A stretch of DNA of 64,000 nt from Dehalococcoidia bacterium (GTDB lineage Bacteria; Chloroflexota; Dehalococcoidia; Lucifugimonadales; UBA2962), in NCBI GenBank assembly GCA_034421295.1, contig DAOUKM010000003.1, forward strand, positions 130,709 to 194,708, in the 5' to 3' direction. Positions 39,022 through 47,885 of the stretch are shown here, one piece after another. The first letter of the stretch is position 1, and each line of letters begins with the position of its first letter. The notes below the pieces were generated by a model. The model searched no databases, had not been told where the DNA came from, and saw only the letters and a program-made list of their open reading frames with translations. The translations under genes and the position numbers were made by a program.

Positions 39022-39585
39022 ATGACGATACTGGCGATACCCGGCAGCCTAAGGAGGCATTCGTACAACAGGTCACTTCTCGAGGCCGCGAAGGGACTGG
39101 CCCCCGGGCGAGTGAAAGTCGACATCTACGAGGATGGGCCGAGCGTACCGCTGTTTAACCAGGACTTCGAGGGCGATCTGACACCTCTGTCGGTGCTGAA
39201 GCTGCGAAGGAGAATTCGCGCGGCCGATGCCATACTCATCGCATCCCCCGAGTACAACAGCAGTATCCCGGGCGTGCTCAAGAACCTGATCGACTGGGCG
39301 TCTCGCCCCTATGGCCATTCTGCATTCTCAGGCAAGCCAGTGGCGGTAGTCGGCGCAAGTCCCTCCCGGTTCGGCGCCAAGTGGGCCCAGGAAACCGCCA
39401 TCACCGTGCTCAGCAGTGCGGAGGCCAGTGTGATAGGCGGCCCGCACCCGGTTTGCGAGGTGGCCGAGTTGGTGGACTCGGAGGGCAACATCGGCGATGA
39501 GGAGACCCTGCGGATGCTCTCCGGGGTGCTGGCAGAACTGGCCGAGGCCTCTAGACAGGCGACCGCTCCGGACGGTCCCGTTTGA
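39022..39585 (+). CDS. NADPH-dependent FMN reductase
   Basis: MTILAIPGSLRRHSYNRSLL and SPEYNSSIPGVLKNLIDWASR are the family signatures. ATG 39022 lies within track ORF 38992-39585. Confidence 0.85.
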   Translation: MTILAIPGSLRRHSYNRSLLEAAKGLAPGRVKVDIYEDGPSVPLFNQDFEGDLTPLSVLKLRRRIRAADAILIASPEYNSSIPGVLKNLIDWASRPYGHSAFSGKPVAVVGASPSRFGAKWAQETAITVLSSAEASVIGGPHPVCEVAELVDSEGNIGDEETLRMLSGVLAELAEASRQATAPDGPV

Positions 39586-39694
39586 CCCTGGGCGGGAATG
39601 TTCGGGCCGGGTATGAGAACGGTCGCCCGGCCCCGGTTTTCGCCCGGAGCCCCCGCGGGCGTGGGCGCCCGGGGTAACCGAACTTTGCCGGTCC

Positions 39695-40144
39695 CTAATG
39701 CATCCCGGCCAGCTCCCGCTCGACGTTCGCTGCCAGCATCGCCAGGATCCGTCTGTATTGGCCGGCAAACAGCTCCATGACTCCGTGATAAAAGCCCATC
39801 CCGATCTCAGGCTCCTGATGAAACAGGGCCGTCAGGTCGTCGATGGGAATGTCCAGGACCTCCATGTCTATCCTGGCCCTGCAGTTCGTAACCAGGTTGC
39901 CGGTCCTGCCGAGCCCCGCCCAGGGGAAAGTATCGCCCGGGCCGGCCAGCCGGACCGCCATCTCCCACGACTGCGACCCGTAGGACAGCTCGGCTTGCCC
40001 GCTGAGTATGATGTAAAAGGAGGTCACCGGCTCGTCTGTGTGCCCGAGGAGGGTTCCCGCCGACACCATCCGGCGCTCGCCCAAGCCGAGGATGCGGTCC
40101 ACCTGATCGGCTCGAAGGTGCGAGAATGCGTCAACATTGATCAT
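39695..40144 (-). CDS. stand-alone cyclic-nucleotide-binding (CAP-effector) domain protein
   Basis: 149 aa. The beta-roll pattern is FYIILSGQAELS...GPGDTFPWAGL. No HTH domain follows. Confidence 0.7.
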   Translation of the reverse strand: MINVDAFSHLRADQVDRILGLGERRMVSAGTLLGHTDEPVTSFYIILSGQAELSYGSQSWEMAVRLAGPGDTFPWAGLGRTGNLVTNCRARIDMEVLDIPIDDLTALFHQEPEIGMGFYHGVMELFAGQYRRILAMLAANVERELAGMH

Positions 40145-40159
40145 TACGGACCTCGCTTT

Positions 40160-40642
40160 CTAGAGAGTGGTTTCCTCGATCCACTGGCCGACGGTCTTAG
40201 CCCCATATTCGGTCAGCTCCCAGATTCCCCTCGTCGGGCCCCTCTTGATGAGTCCGCGCTCGGTCAGCCGGTGCCTCGTCCACTGGGCGGTGCTGCGCCA
40301 ACGGGCGACTCCCGTCGAGGGGAGGCGCTCGTAGTCCACGTCCTTAAGGATCGGACGCATCTTCTCCTCAACTACGGGCAGGACCTCGTACATCACGCCC
40401 GTGCCGCCGAGCTCGAACAGCGCTTCAAGCAGCGGCCTCTCGAACTCTCGCTCAGCGGTCTTTCTTCCTCTGGGTAGGCGAGTGGATACAGCCTGCTTGG
40501 TGGTCCCTTTGCCGGGGGAATCCGGGTCCCTGTCGACCTGGTCGAGCAGCTTGCCTATGGTCGAATCCGGGGTGTCTTCGAGAGGTGATGCCCAACGTTT
40601 CAGTCGCTGCCAGGTATCTTCGCTTATACGTATTACAGGCAT
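40160..40642 (-). CDS. Mrr_N-like winged-helix protein (no nuclease domain)
   Basis: 160 aa. The C-terminal part PLLEALFELGGTG...RWRSTAQWTRHRLTERGLI...GIWELTEYG follows the Mrr N-terminal wHTH pattern. Confidence 0.55.
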   Translation of the reverse strand: MPVIRISEDTWQRLKRWASPLEDTPDSTIGKLLDQVDRDPDSPGKGTTKQAVSTRLPRGRKTAEREFERPLLEALFELGGTGVMYEVLPVVEEKMRPILKDVDYERLPSTGVARWRSTAQWTRHRLTERGLIKRGPTRGIWELTEYGAKTVGQWIEETTL

Positions 40643-40672
40643 CTCAACCTCTACGTATGATGGGATAAGTCA

Positions 40673-40689
40673 ATGTAACAAAGTTACAT
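40673..40689. promoter_or_regulatory. perfect palindrome ATGTAAC-AAA-GTTACAT upstream of the wHTH gene
   Basis: The 7-bp arms and 3-bp spacer lie 31 bp upstream of the 40642 start. A second inverted repeat, GTCAACG-N7-CGTTGAC, lies at 40696-40716. Confidence 0.3.
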
Positions 40690-40816
40690 AGGTCAGTCAA
40701 CGCGGCGGACGTTGACAGACCTGCTCTCCTTACCAAAGCCGACTAGTCTATAAGCCAATTAGCGGGAAATGCAAGGTCAGCTTGAGGGTCAGCTCATTGT
40801 GACTCTTTTTACTAAG

Positions 40817-40846
40817 TTGACAACAAAAAAAACTTGCCTTTAGATT
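40817..40846 (+). promoter_or_regulatory. sigma70-like promoter for the RR/GAF-kinase/RR operon
   Basis: TTGACA (40817-40822), an 18-nt A-rich spacer and TAGATT (40841-40846) sit in an AT-rich island about 58 bp upstream of ATG 40904. Confidence 0.4.
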
Positions 40847-40903
40847 GTTCGGCGGGGGAATGCGCTTGACCCCGGACGGTCCCCCGGAAGGAGTTGGATT
40901 GCA

Positions 40904-41401
40904 ATGGAGGAACAAGAGGGAACGGTCGAGGTGCTTCTTGTCGAGGACAACCCTGGTGATGCCCGACTTACCCAGGAAGCGCTAAAGGACTCCAAGTATG
41001 AGGTCAACGTCAGCGTCGCCGAGGACGGCGAGATCGCCCTGTCGCGACTTCGCAAGGAGGGCGAGTTCGCCGACACGCTCTCTCCCGAGCTGATTCTTCT
41101 CGACCTGCAGCTGCCCAAGCGATCCGGCCTTGAGGTCCTGGCCGAGATCAACAAGGACGAGGGACTGCGTCACATACCCGTCGTAGTGCTGACCGGGACC
41201 TCCGCCGAGGGCAGCATGCTCCAGTCGTATGGGATTTCGCCTTCGCGTTTCATGAGGAAGCCGGTCAACGTCGCACGCTTTGACGTGACGATGACGACCA
41301 TGCGGTCGTATTCGCAGAGGGAAGCCGACCAGTCCCCTGAGGATTCAGCTGCCGAATCGCCCGCCGCTCCCACAAGGCGCTGGTGGTGGCCATTCGGATA
41401 G
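40904..41401 (+). CDS. single-domain response regulator (Rcp1-like)
   Basis: VEVLLVEDNPGDARLT...LILLDLQLPKRSG...PVVVLTGS. The receiver domain is followed by an acidic/Pro tail. Confidence 0.9.
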   Translation: MEEQEGTVEVLLVEDNPGDARLTQEALKDSKYEVNVSVAEDGEIALSRLRKEGEFADTLSPELILLDLQLPKRSGLEVLAEINKDEGLRHIPVVVLTGTSAEGSMLQSYGISPSRFMRKPVNVARFDVTMTTMRSYSQREADQSPEDSAAESPAAPTRRWWWPFG

Positions 41402-41417
41402 GCATGGTCCACTAGCC

Positions 41418-43238
41418 ATGGCCCAAGCTCCAGGGCCGAACGAGAATCCGGGTTCTGACCGCCCGAGCCCCGGTCAGCCGAGTTCCCGAGTCGCATACGC
41501 CGAACTTGCCAAGATCGGCCAGATAGTCACGTCGACGCCTGACATCGGCGACGTCTATCAGCAGTTCGACGCCACGGTGGCCCGGCTCATCCCGTTCGAC
41601 AGGATAAGCATTTCCACTCTGGACCTCGAGACCAACGAAGTGATCAACTCCCACGTGGCCGGCGCGGGGCCTCAGGCGCTGGATGGGGCCGCCATCAGAC
41701 GTCTGGAAGATACGACCGCGCTCCTCGTAGCGAGATCTCTGAGCGGGCTGGTCGCATGCGGAGACGAATACGAAAGGCTGGCAGGTCAGTACAGCGTCGA
41801 GGCTCTGCACTACCAGGCCGGATTCAGGTCAAAGGTCTCGGTTCCCCTCCTGTACAGGGGAGAGGTCATAGGAGTTCTCACGCTGCGGTCGAGGTCTCCA
41901 GATGCATACAACGAGGACCATCTTCAGTCAGCCGCGGAGGTGGGCAACCAGATCTCGGGCGCTCTCTACAACTCGGCGATGGTCTCTCAGCTCGGCGAGA
42001 TGGTGAGAGAAAGGGACCTGCTGGCCCGCATCGGCAGAATCGTGACCTCTACCTCCGACATGGACGATGTCTACAGGCAGTTCGCGGCCGCGGTGGCCGA
42101 GAGGGTTGCGATCGACAGGATCAACGTCACCGTCCTTGGAGGTTCCAAGGACACTATCCGTGTTGCTTACCTGAGCGGAGAGGACATACCGGGGAGCTGG
42201 GGTTCGTGGCAGGACATGCCCATGAGGGGCACCACCGAGGAGCAGGCCCTGCTCGGCGGGGCCGGCATCTGGAACCTGACCGATGAGATCGTGGAGTCCG
42301 GCATCCTGCCCGGAGAGATGGAGAGCATGGAGGCCGGGTTCCGGTCCATCGTCACCGTTCCCCTTCTGTCCATGCACGAGACGGTGGCGTTCCTGACGGT
42401 GGCGTCCAAGGTTAAAAACGCATACTCGGAGGAGGACCTGCAGTTCCTGTGCCTCGTCGGAGACCAGGTTGCCGGGGCGGTTGCTACCAGCCTGCTGGTG
42501 AGCGAGCTGCACAGGACCCATGATGAGCTGAGGCGCTCTAATGCCGACCTCGAGCAGTTCGCCTACGTAGCCTCGCACGACCTGCAGGAGCCGCTGAGGA
42601 TGGTCTCCAGCTACGTGACGTTGCTTGAGCGCAGGTACCGTGGCCGCCTTGACGCCGATGCTGACGACTTCATCCATTTTGCCGTCGACGGAGCCGAGAG
42701 GATGAGGCAGCTCATCCAGGACCTGCTGGCCTTTTCCCGCGTCGGCACCCGGGGCGGCGAACTTGTTCCCACCGACAGTCGAGCCGCGTTGACGAGAGCG
42801 CTCGAGAATCTTCAGGTCCTGATCGATGAGACCGACGCCCGCATCATCTTCGATGAGATGCCCCAGGTAAACGCCGATCCGGGGCAGCTTGAGCTGGTCT
42901 TTCAGAACCTGATCGGAAATGCCATCAAGTACCGCGGAGAGGATCGCCCGAAGGTGACGGTGTCGGCGGTGGCCCAGGAAGGGGACTGGCTCTTCGGGGT
43001 AAGGGACAATGGAATCGGCTTTGAGCAGAAGTTTGCCGACAGGATATTCGGAGTGTTCCAGCGGCTTCAGACGAGGAGCGAGTACCCGGGGACGGGGATA
43101 GGCCTTGCGATCGTGAAAAAGATCGTCGAGAGGCACGGGGGAAGGATCTGGGCCGATTCGGAGCCTGGCGCCGGCTCCACGTTCTGGTTCACGATGCCCG
43201 CCTCGGCCAACGGTTACGGGGGACTGCAGATTGAGTGA
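41418..43238 (+). CDS. multi-GAF sensor histidine kinase (phytochrome-type transmitter)
   Basis: 606 aa with repeated GAF modules. The H-box is [16 protein letters not shown]. The HATPase boxes are [15 protein letters not shown] and GTGIGLAI. Confidence 0.9.
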   Translation: MAQAPGPNENPGSDRPSPGQPSSRVAYAELAKIGQIVTSTPDIGDVYQQFDATVARLIPFDRISISTLDLETNEVINSHVAGAGPQALDGAAIRRLEDTTALLVARSLSGLVACGDEYERLAGQYSVEALHYQAGFRSKVSVPLLYRGEVIGVLTLRSRSPDAYNEDHLQSAAEVGNQISGALYNSAMVSQLGEMVRERDLLARIGRIVTSTSDMDDVYRQFAAAVAERVAIDRINVTVLGGSKDTIRVAYLSGEDIPGSWGSWQDMPMRGTTEEQALLGGAGIWNLTDEIVESGILPGEMESMEAGFRSIVTVPLLSMHETVAFLTVASKVKNAYSEEDLQFLCLVGDQVAGAVATSLLVSELHRTHDELRRSNADLEQFAYVASHDLQEPLRMVSSYVTLLERRYRGRLDADADDFIHFAVDGAERMRQLIQDLLAFSRVGTRGGELVPTDSRAALTRALENLQVLIDETDARIIFDEMPQVNADPGQLELVFQNLIGNAIKYRGEDRPKVTVSAVAQEGDWLFGVRDNGIGFEQKFADRIFGVFQRLQTRSEYPGTGIGLAIVKKIVERHGGRIWADSEPGAGSTFWFTMPASANGYGGLQIE

Positions 43239-43674
43239 TTCCCGGTTCGGTAGACCCATCCACATACTGATGGTAGAGGACAATCCGGGCGACGTCCGCC
43301 TTGCCAAGGAGGCGCTTCGCGATGCCAAGGTCCGCAACGACATGGTGGTGGCGCCCGACGGGGAGCGGGCGATGGAGATATTGACCGGTGCCGAAAGGCT
43401 GCCCGACCTGGTTCTGCTGGATCTCAATCTGCCCAAAAGGCACGGAAGGGAAGTCCTTGCCCAGATGAAGAGCGACGATGGCCTCAAGCGCATACCCGTG
43501 GTTGTCCTCACGAGTTCGCAGGCAGAGGAGGATGTGCTCGGCACCTACGACCTGCACGCCAACTGCTACATCACAAAGCCACTGGACCTTGACCAGTTCG
43601 TCAAGGTGGTTAATTCGATCGAGGATTTCTGGCTGACCATCGTCACCCTTCCGCCGACGTCCCCGGCCCGGTGA
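43231..43674 (+). CDS. single-domain response regulator (Rcp1-like)
   Basis: [16 protein letters not shown]...[13 protein letters not shown]...PVVVLTSS...ANCYITKP. 8-bp overlap with the kinase gene. Confidence 0.9.
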   Translation: MSDSRFGRPIHILMVEDNPGDVRLAKEALRDAKVRNDMVVAPDGERAMEILTGAERLPDLVLLDLNLPKRHGREVLAQMKSDDGLKRIPVVVLTSSQAEEDVLGTYDLHANCYITKPLDLDQFVKVVNSIEDFWLTIVTLPPTSPAR

Positions 43675-44268
43675 GAGACATCAAAATCTCGCCGGGCGCA
43701 AGCAACCAGGTACGAGTGACGCGTCCACCTCGGCCGAGAGGATAGATCCCTGTCCATTCGGGCCCGGGGAACATCTCCCGGTCGGGCCATCAGGCGTTAC
43801 AGGTTAGCTGACCGTGTCCGCCCCATCCGCATCGTCCGCAGACCGTCTCCGGGGACTCTAGTGCGGATCAATTGGTGGTTGCCCCGGGGCACTCCGGTAC
43901 CTTGGCCCCGGATTGGCGGCTGCAGGCCGTCAGAGACAGTGGAAATGCGCCCGCCAGAAACCCTGTAGAGCCGAGGGCGCCCTGGCGAGACTCATTCGTG
44001 ACGACAGGATAGCCAGCGATCGTGCGACGTATAGCCCTCTGGGCCAGTCCGGACACCGCTCGCCGATCCATGGGGACGTGGAGCCCGTGAATCGGACTCT
44101 GCGGGGCGAATCTTCGGCGTCGCATCGTGGCCTACTCGGGCTGCCCCCGGGGATGGCAAAGGCTATCGTGACCAACTGAGCCTCGCAGAAGATGTGGAGG
44201 GCAGATCGCGGTCGCCTGAGCTGAGGCTTAGCCGCCGGTAAGCCCACCCCGTATGCCCGCGTCACCGT

Positions 44269-44300
44269 TTGCTGGCTGCCGTGCATTGCTCATATAGAAT
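44269..44300 (+). promoter_or_regulatory. possible promoter giving a leaderless or near-leaderless RND transcript
   Basis: TAGAAT (44295-44300) ends 8 nt before ATG 44309 and there is no SD in between. TTGCTG (44269-44274) is a weak -35 at non-ideal spacing. Confidence 0.3.
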
Positions 44301-44308
44301 AGTTCGCC

Positions 44309-46792
44309 ATGAACCAGGTGCTCGACAGGCTGAGCTGGCTGGTAACGGCCCGCCCGTACATCACGATAGTAGTTCTCATCTTGGTCACCTTGGTCTTGGC
44401 CGCCGGGGCTTCGCTGAGGCTCCCGCCGACGGAGGGGGCGGACGTAGCCTTCCTCCCGCCAGGGCATCCCGTCGCCGATGCTACCCGCGAGGTCAGCGAG
44501 TTCTTCAGCGACTCAGGCGATGTCAGGGTCGCAACCCTCATCTTCCGAGGCGAGGCGCTGACGCCCAGCGGCCTGTCTCAAATGGACTACCTGATCGATG
44601 CCGTCGCTGGCGACCCTAGCGTGAGCGGGCTTCTGGCTCCTCCCAACCCCATTACCGCGCCCGCGCCCATTATCGCAGCCGCGCTCGAGGTGGACGGCTT
44701 CGAGTCCGTCACCCAGGCGCAGATCGACTCCGTCCGCAGCGTGCCGGAGATCCGGACGGCTCTCTCGGCGATGACAGGGACCGACACGGACGGCACGCCG
44801 GTCGCAATCGCCAACTTCCGCCTGACCAACACGGGCGACGAGAAGATCCGGGACGCCGAGCGGCGGATCGGCGAGCTTGCCGCCGCAGATGAAGGTCCGC
44901 TGCACGTGAGCAGCCTGTCGCCTGTGATCATCGAGGACGAGTACAAGCAGGCCACGGAGTTGGGAATGGCGCCGTTTATAGGGCTGGCCCTGCTGCTGAT
45001 CGTAGTGCTGATCCTTCTCTTCACACGCACCGTCTCCGACATGCTGTTGACGCTGACGGGGCTTATCTTGTCGATCGCCGGGGTTATCGGGGCTGAGGGC
45101 TGGCTTGGGCCGGATGGGCTGGGCCTGATAGGCCCTCCAAGCTCGCTCACGGCAATGGTGCCCGTCATCCTGATCAGCCTGACGGTGGACTATGCCATTC
45201 AGACGGTCTCCCACTACCGCGAGCAGCGTATCGAAGGCGAGCCGGTCGCGGCCGCCACGCGGATTGGACTGCGACACGTCACGATTCCGCTGACGCTGGC
45301 AGCCGTAACCACGATCGTCAGCCTGCTGGCTACCCTCTTCTCGCCGATCGGGGTGATCGGCGACTTCGGCATCGTCGCGGGGCTGGGCGTGGCCATTAGC
45401 CTGGTGGTGATGCTGGCGCTTATCCCCGCCGGCCGGACAATCATCGACCGGCGGCGCGAGGTGCGAGGCACCCTGAAGCCCGCCCGGCCGATCTCGAACG
45501 CACTGCCAGGCATCCCCAAGGCGGCTGAGCTGCTCGGCAAATGGGTTACGCGCAGGCCAGCGCCCCACCTCATCGCAGTGCTCCTGATTACGATAGGCCT
45601 AGGGTATGCCGCCACCGGGCTGGAGTCCGAATTCAGTATCAAGGACCTCCTGCCCCGGGGCGGGGGCGTCCTGGAGGACATGAACACTCTGGAAGCTGCC
45701 GTAGGCGGATCGACGGAGATAGCCAGCCTTCTGATCAAGTCCGAGGCAACTGAGAGCCGCACGCTATTGAATCTCCACGATCTCACCAACGCCTTCGACG
45801 ACGAGCAGAACCGCCCGCGGGGCGCCGCGGGGCCCATCCAGGGATCATACGAAAGGTTCGTGTACGACTGGACCAACGACTCCGGTGAGCCCGGCGACAA
45901 GTACGACCCGGAGTTGGCAGCGCTCTTCCGCGAGGCTTCGCCCGGAGTGGAGCTCAATCCGGCGCTGATGCAGGAGTTCGTCGACAGGCTCTTCGAGAAA
46001 GAGCCGGAGCTGGCGCATTTCATGGTCAACGACCCGGATGGCCCCGATACGATGCTCCTCCAGTTCCCGATCCTCCCGGGCGATCCAGGGGGAACGAGGA
46101 CGCTCAATGACGACATAGACGAGCTGTGGCTCGGCGACGACAGCGCCGTTGCGGCGACTTCCGGCAGCATCGTCGCCGTTGCGGTCACCGACCAGATCAC
46201 CGAGGGACAGACAGAGTCGATCACCACGACCATCGCCGTCGCCCTAGGCATCCTCGCCATCTTCTTCTGGTTGACGCTTCGTCAACCCGCTTTGGCAGTA
46301 ATCGCCGTGGGGCCGATCGTCCTCGTCCTCTTCAGCGTGCTGGGCACGATGGCGCTGCTGAGCATCCCCTACACCCTGATAACCTCGATCATTACGGCCC
46401 TGTCGATCGGTATTGGAGTCGACTACACAATCCACGTGATCCATCGCTACCGAGAGGAATTCAACCGCGTCCGCAACCCGGAGAAAGCGGCGGTCCGCAC
46501 CCTTGCGACCACCGGTTCCGCCCTGTTGGGATCGGCGCTGACCACGGCGTTCGGATTCGGAGTCCTGATCGCATCGCCGCTGCTTGCGTTCCAGCAGTTC
46601 GGCATCACAGCCACCATCACGATCATCTACTCCCTGATAGTCTCGGTCTTTGTGGTGCTGCCCGCGATGGTGGTCTGGGGCGCGTACCAGAACATGCGAA
46701 TGCGCTCGATGGTCGAGCGTATGTGGGAGGATCTGGACGTGGCCATCGAGGACATCGCCCAGCTTCACCAGCAGGGTCGGGGCTCGTCCTAG
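44309..46792 (+). CDS. RND-superfamily exporter of the MMPL/HpnN-like branch
   Basis: 827 aa with a 1+5 TM, large loop, 1+5 TM topology. Conserved TVDYAIQ and GVDYTIHVIHRYREE motifs are present. Its stop lies 12 nt before the methyltransferase start, with GAGAGGGA as the RBS. Confidence 0.9.
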   Translation: MNQVLDRLSWLVTARPYITIVVLILVTLVLAAGASLRLPPTEGADVAFLPPGHPVADATREVSEFFSDSGDVRVATLIFRGEALTPSGLSQMDYLIDAVAGDPSVSGLLAPPNPITAPAPIIAAALEVDGFESVTQAQIDSVRSVPEIRTALSAMTGTDTDGTPVAIANFRLTNTGDEKIRDAERRIGELAAADEGPLHVSSLSPVIIEDEYKQATELGMAPFIGLALLLIVVLILLFTRTVSDMLLTLTGLILSIAGVIGAEGWLGPDGLGLIGPPSSLTAMVPVILISLTVDYAIQTVSHYREQRIEGEPVAAATRIGLRHVTIPLTLAAVTTIVSLLATLFSPIGVIGDFGIVAGLGVAISLVVMLALIPAGRTIIDRRREVRGTLKPARPISNALPGIPKAAELLGKWVTRRPAPHLIAVLLITIGLGYAATGLESEFSIKDLLPRGGGVLEDMNTLEAAVGGSTEIASLLIKSEATESRTLLNLHDLTNAFDDEQNRPRGAAGPIQGSYERFVYDWTNDSGEPGDKYDPELAALFREASPGVELNPALMQEFVDRLFEKEPELAHFMVNDPDGPDTMLLQFPILPGDPGGTRTLNDDIDELWLGDDSAVAATSGSIVAVAVTDQITEGQTESITTTIAVALGILAIFFWLTLRQPALAVIAVGPIVLVLFSVLGTMALLSIPYTLITSIITALSIGIGVDYTIHVIHRYREEFNRVRNPEKAAVRTLATTGSALLGSALTTAFGFGVLIASPLLAFQQFGITATITIIYSLIVSVFVVLPAMVVWGAYQNMRMRSMVERMWEDLDVAIEDIAQLHQQGRGSS

Positions 46793-46804
46793 GAGAGGGA
46801 ACCT

Positions 46805-47842
46805 ATGCAGCTTCGTGATCTATCCAACGGGCTGAAGGCCGCATACCGTGGGGCGGACGTCCGCAGTCGCGTGAAGCGCTTCGATGGGTGGATGGACAGG
46901 GCGCACGTGGATGGAGCCGGCACGGCGGACTACGACCACACCCAGACCGTCAAGGAATACTACGACCTATGCAGCGAGTTCATGGTGTTCGGTTGGGGTG
47001 AATCACTCCACTTCGCGCCGCTGTCGCCAAGGGAGAGTCTGGAGGAATCCAAGATCCGGCACCAGCGGCTGATGATCGCCAAGCTGGAGATGCGCGAGGG
47101 CATGACGGTGATCGACGTCGGCTGCGGGATCGGCGGTCCGATGCGCCGGGTCGCCCGCGAAGCCGGTGTCAGCGTGGTCGGGATCAACACCAATGAAATC
47201 CAGCTGGAGAGGGCAAGATCATTAGGCGCTCAGGCGGGGCTCGACCATTCGGTCGACTACTTGGCGTGCAGCTTCATGGACATGGGCGCCATCGCGGACG
47301 ACACGTTCGACCGGGGGTACGCGATCGAATCTACCTGTCATGCGCCGGACAAGGCGGGAGCGTTCGCCGAGATCTACCGCGTGTTGAAACCCGGAGCACT
47401 GTTCTGGGGTCAGGAAATGTGCATGACGGACAAGTTCGACCCCGGCGACAATCGGCACCTGGCCATCAAGAAGGACCTGATGCACGGTATCGCGCTCAAG
47501 GATATCGCGACCACCGGCGAGGTGAACCGCGACCTGGAAGCGGCGGGATTCCAGGTCATCGAGGCGAAGGACCGGGCGGTCGATGAGAACGGTTCCATCA
47601 CACCGTGGTACCAGCCCATGGAGGCCCGGGGCAATACGCTGGGCAACGCCCTGCGCAGGACTCCTCTGGGCCGCAAGGCGATCATCGGGACATCCAGACT
47701 GGCCGAAGCGGTGGGGATTTTCCCGAAAGGATCGGCGGACGTTGTCGGGTTGATGGATCGCACGGCCAAAGCCTACCTCGCGGGCGGCCGGGCAGGTGTT
47801 TTCACGCCCCTGTACTGCTTCCTGGCTCGAAAGCCCCTTTAG
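46805..47842 (+). CDS. sterol 24-C-methyltransferase (SMT/ERG6) family SAM-dependent methyltransferase
   Basis: 345 aa, collinear with ERG6-type SMTs. YYDLCSEFMVFGWGESLHF matches SMT region I (YEYGWGxSFHF). VIDVGCGIGGPMRRVA is the SAM motif. YAIESTCHAP matches the AIEATCHAP motif. The C-terminal Sterol_MT_C-like end GVFTPLYCFLARKP matches FTPMxxFxARKP. Confidence 0.85.
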   Translation: MQLRDLSNGLKAAYRGADVRSRVKRFDGWMDRAHVDGAGTADYDHTQTVKEYYDLCSEFMVFGWGESLHFAPLSPRESLEESKIRHQRLMIAKLEMREGMTVIDVGCGIGGPMRRVAREAGVSVVGINTNEIQLERARSLGAQAGLDHSVDYLACSFMDMGAIADDTFDRGYAIESTCHAPDKAGAFAEIYRVLKPGALFWGQEMCMTDKFDPGDNRHLAIKKDLMHGIALKDIATTGEVNRDLEAAGFQVIEAKDRAVDENGSITPWYQPMEARGNTLGNALRRTPLGRKAIIGTSRLAEAVGIFPKGSADVVGLMDRTAKAYLAGGRAGVFTPLYCFLARKPL

Positions 47843-47885
47843 ACGCTTTCCTCCCCAGTATCTCGAGCCCGATCTCTATGGTGGG

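Noticed and set aside
41928-43544. 538-aa minus-strand ORF
   Set aside because: It is antisense to the GAF histidine kinase and the downstream response regulator, both of which have unambiguous motifs on the plus strand.
44513-46260. Two long minus-strand ORFs (44513-45568, 45214-46260) and the plus-strand ORF 46126-46818
   Set aside because: They are shadow or out-of-frame ORFs over the RND exporter gene. The composition is R/G/P/D-rich and no TM pattern is present.
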